A DNA stretch of 32,000 bases, from the NCBI RefSeq assembly GCF_000260965.1, contig NC_017856.1:2310001-2342000 (forward strand), given 5' to 3'. The notes below the pieces were generated by a model. It ran no database searches, was not told where the DNA came from, and saw only the letters and a list, made by a program, of their open reading frames with translations. This DNA comes from Methylophaga frappieri (GTDB taxonomy: Bacteria > Pseudomonadota > Gammaproteobacteria > Nitrosococcales > Methylophagaceae). Below are positions 1 to 12,000 of this stretch, piece after piece. Position numbers and translations under genes: made by a program. Positions within the stretch are counted from its first letter, which is position 1, and every line of letters starts with the position of its first letter.

Positions 1-3000
1 CCGCCACCGCCACCGCCTTGGATGGCACGATTCGTAATCTGCAAGTTGGCGATAAAATTTATCAACATGAACTCATTACCACAGGCGCAGCCGGGGCGAT
101 TGAAATAGCCTTCCTGGATGGTAGTCAGCTGGATATGGGACGCAGCTCACAAATGCTGTTGGATCTGGATGTATTTAATCCGGATGCACCAGTGACAGAA
201 ACAGCCGAGACGGTTATTGATGACGATGTGGCGGCGATTCAACAAGCGTTGTTGGATGGCGAAGACCCATCACTTTTGGCTGAAGCAACTGCCGCGGGTG
301 CGGGTACCGGTGTTGATGGCTCCGAGGGTAGCACTGTGCTGGTATTCCGGAATTACCTGAATCCGGAAGTGACGCCAACCAATGGCTTTGAAACGATCGG
401 TGTATTTAACGAATTTGATGCACCACCAGAAGACATTAATCTGCTGGAAGATGATGTTACGCCAGAACCAACCCCTGAACCGACGCCAGAACCAACTCCT
501 GAGCCAACGCCAGAACCAACTCCTGAGCCAACTCCTGAGCCAACTCCTGAGCCAACTCCTGAGCCAACTCCTGAGCCAACGCCAGAACCAACTCCTGAAC
601 CGACGCCAGAACCAACTCCTGAGCCGACGCCAGAACCAACTCCTGAGCCGACGCCAGAACCAACCCCTGAGCCGACGCCAGAACCGACTCCTGAGCCAGA
701 ATTTGATCCACCAGCGGGTCAACCAGTCAGATTAGAAGTTCAGGAAGACGAAATTACCGATACCGCAACCACCACGGTTACCTTTACACCGGGTGATGGT
801 GCGCTGGATGGTTTTGGTATGACTTTAAGCCCTGCCACGACAGTGAATGTCGATGGATTACCTGGTCCTGAATTGGATTGGAGAATTGAAAGCGGTCAGA
901 TCATCGGCGCATTGGATGGCACGGATGTCATCGTTGTCAGCCTGAGCAACCCGAACTTTGGTGCGGGTACCGTTGATGTCAATGTCCAACTGCTTGGCCC
1001 ATTGCCACACCCTGATCCCGATAATACGGATGGTTTGAGTGACTCAGTGATCACTATCACCGGCATTGGTGTCTTTACCAGTGATACCAATGGTTTGTTA
1101 GGCCATGCTCAAGTCACAGTTGATGTGATTGATGATGTACCTTCTGTTGCCGAACAGGTTGAACCTGTACGTGCGATGGTTGAAGAAGATGGTATGTCTT
1201 TGGCGACTGGCGATAATAGCGAAGGTAATAAAGCAGCAAGTGGTGATAGCAATAGCGATGATGAAGTAAGCGGTGTTGCCGGTACCCTGAGCGCTTTGTT
1301 TGACTCTGGGGCGGATGCACCACTGACTATCAGTTTGTCTGATGACACCAGTGCGCTGCCAACGCTTTATTCCAATGGCACAGCAATTACTTACAGCGTC
1401 AGCCCTGATGGCACGACGCTGACTGCAATGGCTGGTCCGGTTACCGTGTTCACGTTAACGGTGAATGCAGACGGCTCCTATGAGTTCGATCTGCAAGCGC
1501 AATTAGATCACGTTGATGATGGCAATAATGACGAAAATATAGCGCTGCAAACCAGTGCACCGGGTGTTGAGCCAGTGACTTCGGTGAATGGCATTGACTT
1601 CAGTAGTGTTTTGACCGCGACGGATGCCGATGGCGACAGCGTCACCGGTGCCGGTAGTCAATTGTTTGTGATTGCCGTTGAAGATGATGTTCCGGTTGTC
1701 ACAGTTCAAGGGGTTAATTTCTTCAGTGAATCATTTGAAGGCTTTTCAACCCAAGGCAGTGGTTTTGATGTTGTTGGTTTAGGTGGCGGCAACGTCTCTG
1801 GTGATGCCGGCCATATCTGGACCGTCAACGAAGCAGGTATTGAAATTCAGTTTGGCAACACCGGTGGTGCTTCACCATCAGATGGTAATGTTCATGCAGA
1901 ACTGGATGCAGATCCTAATGGCAATAGCCTGGTGCAAATTTCCACCGAAGTCATGTTGCCGACCAGCGATATTACGCTGAGCTTTGATTACCAGCCACGT
2001 CCGAGCAGCCAAGATGATAGCGATATGCTGGTGTCTTTGGGTGGTGTTGAAGTGACGATCCTGTCTGATAGCGCAGGTAATGTCAGCTTTGCCGGTCTGC
2101 CAGCTGGCGTTGAAGGTAGTTTGACATCGGTCAGTGGCGGTTGGACCAATGTGGTTCTGAAATTTACCGGTATGGATACCAGCAGCCCACAAACTTTGCT
2201 GTTTGAAGGTCTGGGTAATGCGGATACGTTAGGGGCTTATCTGGATAACATCAATCTGTACGGCAACAGCCTTTTGGTTGTTGACGAGTCCGGCTTGCCT
2301 GGTGGTAATCCAGAATCAGGTGATGTGGTTAGTGCCTCTGCAACGCTGGATCTGAGTGGTTATTTCCTGGGTAGCGTAGGTGCCGATATTGAGGGTACCG
2401 AAGAATTCAGCTTGACTTTGGCAGAGAGTGAGGAGCCGATCGGCAGTGGTTTGTTTGCCGTCGATAGCAATGACACGCAATTTGCAGGCGATGATGGTGA
2501 TGGCTATGGCCAGGGTGAGGAAATCGAGCTGGTACAAGTTGATAGCACCACCATTGCCGGTATGCTGGATGGCAATACCTACTTTACTATCAGCGTTGAT
2601 CCTGCAACCGGTGTTGTGACACTGACCCAAGAAGATAACGTTTGGCATCCAAATGTGAATGATGCCGATGAAGCCGTCTCATTGATTTTAGATGCGGGCA
2701 CGATTGAAATTAATTACAGCCTGACTGATGCGGATGGTGATACGGCAACAGGCAGTCTGGATTTGAGCCAAGGCGTATTTGGCTTTGAAGATGATGCACC
2801 GGTTGCAAACCTGGATCCAGAAGCTGCCGTGATAGCGACGGTCGAAGAAGATGGCATGTCGTTGGCAACATCGGATAACAGTGAAGGTAACAAAGCGACG
2901 GTTGATGATAGTAACGATGACGATGAAGTGACTGGTGAGGCGGGCGCGCTGACAGCGTTGTTCAGCGCCGGTGCCGATGCGCCGGTGACCATTAGTCTTT

Positions 3001-6000
3001 CTGATGATGTCAGTGGTTTGCCAAGCTTGTATTCAAACGGGAATGCGGTGAGCTACAGTGTGGTCGGTAATGTGCTGACTGCGACAGCTGACGGTGTGGA
3101 TGTATTCACATTGACCGTGAATGCCGATGGTTCTTATGCGTTCGATCTACTTGATCAACTAGATCATGTCGATGATGATACAAACACTGAAAATTTCGCA
3201 TTAGTCACGGATGACGGTTCAGTCAACGGCATTGATTTCAGCAGCATTCTGGTGGCGACCGATAGTGACGGTGATGCTGTCACCGGTGCTGGTGAAGGCC
3301 AGTTTGTCATTAATGTGCAGGATGATATTCCGGTTGTTGAAGCGACAACGGATTTGGCTGTTAACTTCTTCAGCGAATCATTTGAAGGCTTTGCGCCAAA
3401 CCTGAGTGGTAATGGCTTTACCGTTGTTGGCGTTGGTGGCGGTACGGTGTCTGGGGATGCCGGCATTGTCTGGAACGTCAATGGCGCGGGTCTTGAAATT
3501 CAATCCGGTAATGCGGGTGATGCCTCCGCCTCTGATGGCGATGTGCATGCCGAGCTGGATACGGATAATAACGAGACATTGCTGACCCAGCTTTCTACGG
3601 ATGTCGAACTGCCAAGTGCCGATGTCATTCTGAGCTTTGATTATCAGCCGCGGCCAAATCATGAAGATGACAGTGATATGTCTGTCAGCTTTGGTGAATA
3701 CAGCTTCAACGTGAATTCAGATGCCGGTGGCAATGTCACCGTTGAGGGTCTGCCTGTCGGTGTAACGGCAGAATTGACTGAAGTGGCTGGTGGCTGGACC
3801 ACTATCACACTGACATTCACCGGTATGGACACCACTTCACCGCAAACATTGACCTTTGAAGGGTTAGGAGACGCCAACGAATTTGGGGCTTACCTCGACA
3901 ATATCAATATGTTTGCATTGCCAGTTCTGGCGGTCGACGAATCAGGTCTGGAGAACGGTAATCCTGAAACGGGTGCGGTTAGCTCTGCCACGGCCAGCTT
4001 TGATTTCAGTGGCTACTTCACCAGTAGCGTGGGTGCCGACGAAGACGGCACGACAGCTTACAGCCTGTCACTGAGTGGTGAAAATATTGTAACTGGTCTG
4101 TATGCCGTTGATACCACAGATACGTCTACTGCTGACACCGATGGTTACGGTCAGGGTGCAGAAATTGTCCTGAATGAAGTCGGTGGTGCCATTGTCGGCT
4201 CTGCTGATGGTGTTGATTACTTCACCATCAGCGTGGATAGCAACGGTGTTGTAACACTGGAGCTGCTGCAAAACATCTGGCATGACGACACCACCGATAG
4301 CGACGAAGCGATGAGCATGTTGCTGGAAGCGGGAACCTTGCTGTTGAGTAAATCGGTGACTGATGCGGATGGCGATACCGTCAGTGCGGATCTGGATTTG
4401 AGCGGTATTGCTTATCGGATTGAAGATGACGCACCGATTGTTAATGAACAAGCCGAAGCGGTTACGGCGAGTGTTGAAGAAGATGGTATGTCGTTCTTAA
4501 CGCTTGATAACAGCGAAGGCAATAAAGAGGCTGGTGATACCAACGATGATGACGAAGTCAGCGGTTTAACTGGCTCACTGTCCGCGTTGTTCAGCGCCGG
4601 TGCCGATGCGCCGGTGACTATCAGTCTTTCTGATGATGTCAGTGGTCTGCCAAGCCTGTATTCAAATGGTAATGCGGTCAGCTACAGCGTCAGCGGTAAT
4701 GTGCTGACTGCGTCTGCTGGCGGTCTGACCGTATTTACCCTCACGGTCAATGCAGATGGTTCGTATGTATTCGATCTACAGGATCAGCTGGATCATGTTG
4801 ACGATGATACAAACACTGAAAACGTCGAGTTAGTCACGGATGGTGGTTCAGTCAGCGGCATTGATTTCAGCAGTATTCTGGTTGCGACCGATAGTGACGG
4901 TGATACTGTTACCGGTGCTGGTGAAGGTCAGTTTGCGATTGAAATTCAGGATGATATTCCTGTCATGACCAATAATGGTGTCATTACCATTAAACACGAC
5001 GAGTCAGGTGAGGCTCAAAATGAAGACCCACAATTCACTTTAAGCGGTGCGAATATCACGGCAAGTGATCTCATCTCACTGTTGGGCCTGGATTTACCGT
5101 CGCTGGGATTGTTTGACCTGGATCCAAATGGCGATGGCGTTGAGATTGCTACTGAGCTGCTGGGGGATGGCAATCTCTTCGGCCTCAGTGTGCAAACCAA
5201 CACCAGTGCGGTGCAATACAGCGGTGGGGCCGATGGCATTAATCTCGTTAGTCTGACCGATGCTGAGGGCAATGTTTTTGATGGGACAGATACTGGCTTG
5301 CAAACCAGCAATGGCGATCAACCAATCTATCTTTATACTCTGGATGCCAGCATATTTTCTACCTTGCAGGGCATCCTCAGTGGGTTTGGCATCAATATCA
5401 GCAACAGCGAATTTGGCCAGGTTGGTGCCAAGGTCGTCGTGGGTCTGACCAATGATGGCGGTCTGGATCAATACGGTTCGATTGCCGATATGTTGCAAGA
5501 CGCGGCATTTGTGTTGGGATTGAAACCGGGTGATAACGGCGACGGTAGTGACGATGCCTTGTTACTGCTTCAGTTGAAAGCGATTGAGCATGCGGATACG
5601 GAAAGTAATAGTGAACAAGCCGTTCTTGACCTGATTCACTTCTCTGTCACCGATAATGATGGCGATACAGTCACCTCTGACAGCGGTATCCAAGTTGTCT
5701 TTGAAGATGATGGTCCGTCTATCGAAGTTGGAAAAGTTGACCAAGCAGGCAAACAGCTGGAAGTCACACTGGATGAAACCGTCGGTGATGATCGCGCTGC
5801 CGCTGGTGAGGTTGTCAATGGCAATACTGACGATGCCACTGGGGTACTTGCCCAAGTGAACACACAGGTTGTTGGTGGTCTGACAGCGCTGTTCACCATC
5901 AGTGGTGCGGCAGGTGCAGATACGCCGGTTGTTGATACAGGTGTCCTGTCACTGGAATTGTCTGATGAAGGATTGGCAACAAACCTGAGTGCGACAGATG

Positions 6001-9000
6001 GCGGTGCCATTTCGCTGTTCACCAATGGCGGCAACATCGAAGGCCGTGACACTGACGGCGACGTCGTGTTCTCAATCTCGATTGTTGACATCGCTGGTGT
6101 GCCTCAGTTGCAAACGACATTGTTTGAAGCCATTGCACATGGCGATACCAGTACCTTCGATGAAGCATTAGGATTACTGACTGAAAGCGGTAACTTGAAG
6201 CTGAGATATGAGGTTACACGGACCGATGCGGATGGCGATACCGATACCGCTGCGGCCAATATTGTGCTGGCGAACCAGAATCGTTCAAGAATTACCTTTG
6301 AAGATGATGGCCCAAGCATGACTGTTGAGCAGCCAGAGCAACCGTTGTTGTTGACCGTGACCAATGAGGGTGGTAGCGCAGGGTATAACAATACCTTTGG
6401 TTACTACATCATGAATGGTGATGGTGAGCCAGTGAGCGGTCAAATCATCTGGGCGAATGTGCAAGGTAATCTCTCTGATGAAATCACTATCAATGCCGAT
6501 CCGGCAACGGTTGGCTACTTCATTATTCCTGATGGCAATGATTTAAATAGTGGTCTGGCCAATGGCGCAGAGGTCACGTTTGCCAAGGATGGGGAGGGTA
6601 ACTGGCAGGTATTACTGGACGGTACTCCTCTGTCTGGTGAGTTAACGAATGTCCGGTTTGATAATCCGGCATTGAATGAAGATGGTGCGACTGCGGTGCA
6701 AGATAACGCTGAGCCGGGCAATCTTAATTGGGAAGACAAACATTCTGGTAGCGATAATGACTTTAACGATATCAATATCAATGTTGTGGTCACCCCGCTT
6801 GGATTATTAACCGTTGATGAAACGGATATTGGCTCGCCAGATGCGGCGCAAGTGCTTGACTTGTCAGGTAGCTTTGCATTCGACTTTGGTTCAGATGGTG
6901 AAGGCAGCGTCGCCTACGACTTGGAAGTAGGTTCAGCGTCTACCGGTGTGTTTGATACAGAAACCGGTTTAGAGGTTGCGCTGCGTAGCGGCGTTGGTGG
7001 CATTATCGAAGGCTTTGTTAACGATGGTAGTGGCGATCAAATCGTGTTCACTGTCAGCGTTGATGGCGATGGGGAAGTTACCCTGACGCAATTGCGCGCT
7101 GTGATTCACGATGATCCGACGGATGCGGATGAAGCAACCTCACCAGTGGTAATTAACTCGGGGGCGCTCTATCTGAATGCCACCGTGACTGACGGTGATG
7201 GCGATATGCTTTCTGACGGTATTGACCTTGGCAGCTTGCTGGCCTTTGAAGATGATGGCCCAGTTGCCGTTGATGATGTGGATACTGTTGTTGATGGCGT
7301 CGCTACCGGTAATGTGGTGACTGCGGTTGATACCACGACTGATCCCGCTGGTGTCGATGACTTCGGTAGTGATGGTGCGGGTCGTGTTACCTCAGTCAGC
7401 TTTGGCGATACGGTGGTATTGATTCCAGAAGATGGCTCAGCCGAAGTTGAAGGTGAATTCGGTACTCTGACCCTGAACGCAGATGGCAGCTACAGCTACG
7501 AGGTTGATCCGAGCAAATTGCCAGAAAATACCGAAACCGTTGAAGGCTGGACGAACACAGGCAGCAATATGACGGCCTTTGAACTGGACGAGTCGTTCCT
7601 GACTGCAGATGGTAAATTCAGTGATACCGGCACGGGTGCGATCACGACAGGCGGTAACGCGCCAGGCTTTGGCGTTGGCGGCACTTCTGGACAAAATACT
7701 TCTGTCCCAGATCAAATTAATTACTCTGACAGTCTGAGTGAAGCACTGGCATTCAAATTTGATGGTCCAGTACTCTCAGCGTCGGTGCAGTTCTCTAATC
7801 TGTTCCAAAATGAAAATGGTGGTGAGGCGATGCGTTGGCATGCCTTCGATGCCGATGGTAACCGGATTGGCAGTGGTATTGTCAGCAACAATGATGATGC
7901 CAATGATCCGTATGCTTCATCCACGCCATTTGCTATGGATGATAATAACGTTGGGTCATTTACTATCGGTAATATCGGTGCCTTTAACACGCTGGTATTC
8001 GAGTCAGTACCGTACAGTGATGATGGCAACGCTGCTGCCGATAACTCGGACTACTTCGTCAATATTAGTGAATACGAAAGTTTTGCTCTTGGCGATAATA
8101 GCTATCAGGATCAGTTTGGTTACAGCATCGTGGATGCTGATGGCGACAGTGCCGCTGCAACGTTGACCATTAACGGTGAGGCCGGTGTACCGCAAGGTGA
8201 GCTGACGCCGTTTTCGCCAGTAGCAGCTGATAACACCTATCAAGTTGATGGTGTTACAACTGGCAATATCATCACCGATGATGACAATAATGGTGGTGCG
8301 CAAACCGGTCGTGATTATGACAACGACACACCAGTCCTGAACCTGTCTATTCACTCCGTTATTTTTGATGATGGGGATGACAATACGGATGACGTCACGC
8401 TGATTGAGGCGGATGGCACGGTCATTGAGTTGAACAACGGGACATTAGTTATCAATCTGGATGGCAGCTATAGCTACACGCCAAACCAAGGTGCTAATGA
8501 GGGTGATGTGTTTGATTACACCTTGATCGATCCAGATGGTGAAATCAGTGCCCCAGCCACCGTCACGTTGCTTGCTGAGAATGATGAGCCAACAGGTGGT
8601 GAAGCCAATGCCGTTGTTGATGATGAAGGCTTGGTGCCTGATGGTATTGAGGGTGGTCTTGGTGATGAGGTGATGTTACCGGATGCGGATAGTAACGAAG
8701 CAACCTTCATCGGTACATTAGGCTTTGATTACGGTGACGACACACCGGGCACGATCGACTTTGCGGCGATGCATGAACAAACCGCTACAATCGGACAGGA
8801 AACAGTCGAGTTTGCTTGGGATGCCAACAGTGCAACTCTGACGGCAGCGGGTCCAAGAGGCAACTTGTTTACGGTTGAAATTACCGACCAAACAACCGGT
8901 GCTTATCAGGTGACACTGCTTGATAATGTCATGCATGACACGCTGGATGGTCTGCAAGGCGACGATACCGAAAACAACCATCAAGTGGCACTGACTTATA

Positions 9001-12000
9001 CCGTTAATGACAGTAATGGTGATGATGTCACGGGTACGCTGACCATCGATTTTGATGATGATATGCCAGCGGCACAATCGGATTCAGAAAGCATCACGGT
9101 ATCAGTAAGCGATATTAGTGTCGGTAATCTGACTTCTGCCTTTAGCAACATTGATGGTGGTAATGACACGGCACTGGTCGATGGTACCGGTGGCGCACTT
9201 GATGAAGTGAGCTGGGGCAATCCAAATGGCTCTAATTATCAGTTTGATGATAATGATGCCTTGATTACCAACAGTCCGATTGTTGTTAATGATGATTTTG
9301 CTTTGGGAGCGTTCACCCACAATAACTTCGTCATTGATGTCAGTGATTCAATTGATAGCGTTGATTTGGATGTGCAATTTACGGTTGAAATTGATGGTTT
9401 CGATGTGGTGGTGAATCACACGATTACCTTCAACCACGATGAAACGCCGAATGATAGTGATGACCCACGCGATACCATCAGCATTGATGGCAGTTCGGCA
9501 ACGCAAACTATCTCGGTTGGTGGTAAAACCTATGAGTTGCAGATTCTGGGCTTCTCAAGTGGTGGCGTGCCGGTAACGGAAGTTATCACGGAGGAAAACG
9601 CGTCAACCAGCTTTGATTTGATTGCCAAAATCGTGTCCACTGATGACCTGCCTGTTGTGACAGGGTCGGTAACGGGTGAATTCGGTGCCGATGGGCCGGC
9701 AGAACAAGGCAGCCTGATTTGGGAAGGCGAAGTGCAAGGTGAGATCCAAGGTGACTTTGGTACGCTGGAAGTCGAAAGTGATGGCAGCTACACCTATACC
9801 TTGAGTCGTGAGGCTCGGGATAGCCAGCAAGTTGATACGCCACGCGTAGAAACCTTCACTTACATCACCATGGATGATGATGGTGATCAAGTGTCTAACA
9901 CGTTGACTATCAATATCGATGGCGAGCAAGCTGAGACGGTGCCTGATGATGAGCCAACTGCGGGCGACAGCACCGCCACTGTGGATGATGAAGGTCTGCC
10001 AGGTGGTATTGAAGGTGGTCCGGGTGATGAGGTTATGTCGAATGCAGATCTGGATGATAACGAGTCCACTTTTGCAGGCACCTTGAATCTGACGCCAAGT
10101 GTGGATACACCAAACAGCATCAGCTTTGCGGATATGAATGATCAGCTAGTCAATTTAGGCCAGGAAACGGTTCTGCTGTCTTGGAGTGGGGCAAATAAAA
10201 CGCTGACAGCGACCAGTACGACTCAAGGTCGTGGCGAGATCTTCAAAGTCACGCTGGATGCATCTAACAATGGTGACTACACCGTCACCTTGTTGCAAAA
10301 CGTGTTGCATCCTGATGATGGTCAGAATGATGAAAACAACGTCGAAATTGATCTGACCTATGCCATTGTCGATAACGATGGTGACGATGCGACGGGCACA
10401 TTAACCATCAACTTTGATGATGATGTACCGACCGCGTCTTCAGATTACGATTCAGAAGACGATGCGTTTGTTGTTGACATCAGTGAAGGCAATCAAGCGA
10501 CAATTGACGTCGATATTGACTTTGGTGCCGATGGCGAAGCTGAAGAAAATGCGGTGACCTTCACGCAACCAACAACAGGTTCAGTGACTTACGAAGACGG
10601 TGAGTTTACTTATACCTACGATGGTGAAAGTGAGAGTGGTGCAGACAGCTTTACCTTTAGCGTGACTGATGCCGATGGCGATACCATCACTGAAACGGTC
10701 TATTTGGACGTGCAGGTGCCGGTGCCGGATGTGTTGTATGTTGGCACTAATAGCGACAACACCAAAACCACACCAGCCGGTAATGATGTGCTGATTGGTG
10801 ATTTGGGTGGTCGTGACCAGCAGTACACGCCAGGTATGGATTACAGTATTGCCCTGATTGCAGATGAGTCAGGCAGTATGGAAGGTAGTCGTAATACCTT
10901 GCTTAAAAATGCGCTTGAAAGCTTTGTCAATGATTTAGCTACTCATGATGGGGAGATTAATATTGCCCTGATTGGTTTTGCAGAGTCAGCGTCCTTGAAA
11001 ATTTCAGTCAGTGATTTATCCAACAATCCGAGCGGATTGAGTTCATTATTGACTGCGATTGATAATCTGGATGCAGATGATGGCACAAACTATGAAGCGG
11101 CATTCGATTCTGCTGTGAGCTGGTTTAACGGGCAGCCGGGTGATCATGAGTTCATTACTTACTTTATGACAGATGGTAATCCGACATTTAGTAATAATGG
11201 TGATAATGGTGAAGGCGACGAGACCGAGTACCGCGATTTGTTGGATGCTGTCGAGGCCTTTGCCGGACTGAGTGCCGTCAGTGAGGTCAATGCGATTGGT
11301 ATCGGTAATGGTATCAACAGTGACTATCTGCGTTTCTTCGATAACACCAGCACCACGGGTAATGCAACGGAGAACTTTGGCAGCACGACCAATACAGTGG
11401 TGTTAGCAGACTTTTCAGGCAGTAATCATCCATTGGATACAACTGGTGATTGGACTGAGTCTGGCGACTCAGACGGTAGCATTGGTCGTAATGATGGCGT
11501 ATTTCGCATTACAGATCGACGCAATGATGGTTCAATCGTTGTGACTAGCCAAGCTTTTGCTGTTGCGGTTGAAGATACGATACTGCGATTTGACTATGGA
11601 ACAACGAGTCTTGAAAGTTTTGATGGTGACCAAATTAGCTGGTCTCTACAACGCCAAAACGGAGCTAATTGGGACACAGTATCAGGTAGTGGTTTATCTC
11701 AAAGCTCAGGTAGTCGTGTAGAGTCTTCCGAACTTGACGTTGGTAATTACCGCTTGGTTTATGAGGTTCAGGCAGGATGGTGGGAAAATAATGAAACCTT
11801 GTATCTCGATAATATCGAACTAAGAGAACCGGTATCTCTCGATGTTTCAGGCCCGGTCGGCGAAGTCAAAATCATCAATTCAGCAGCAGAATTAACGGCT
11901 GAGCTGGAAAGTGGTTCCTCTACGGATGAGTTACTGTTGATGGGCGATGACATCCTCACCGGTAGTGATGGCAATGACATTATCTTTGGTGACACCTTGT

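Noticed and set aside
18-20. TTG at 18 as the adhesin start codon (start of the track ORF)
   Set aside because: The frame is open upstream to nt 3, the sequence at 18 is already inside a retention-module-like domain, and there is no RBS. The gene starts outside the window.
459-698. The short tandem repeat as a CRISPR array or non-coding VNTR
   Set aside because: There are no spacers, the unit is 12 nt, the repeat is perfectly in frame with the flanking ORF, and all variation is synonymous. It is a coding repeat.
270-735. ORFs 270..722(-), 382..735(+) and 457..711(-) with repetitive products (WFWRRLRS.., LSQLLSQ.., LAQELAQ..)
   Set aside because: They are alternative-frame and antisense readings of the 12-nt TPEP repeat inside the adhesin CDS. 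They are repeat artefacts, not genes.
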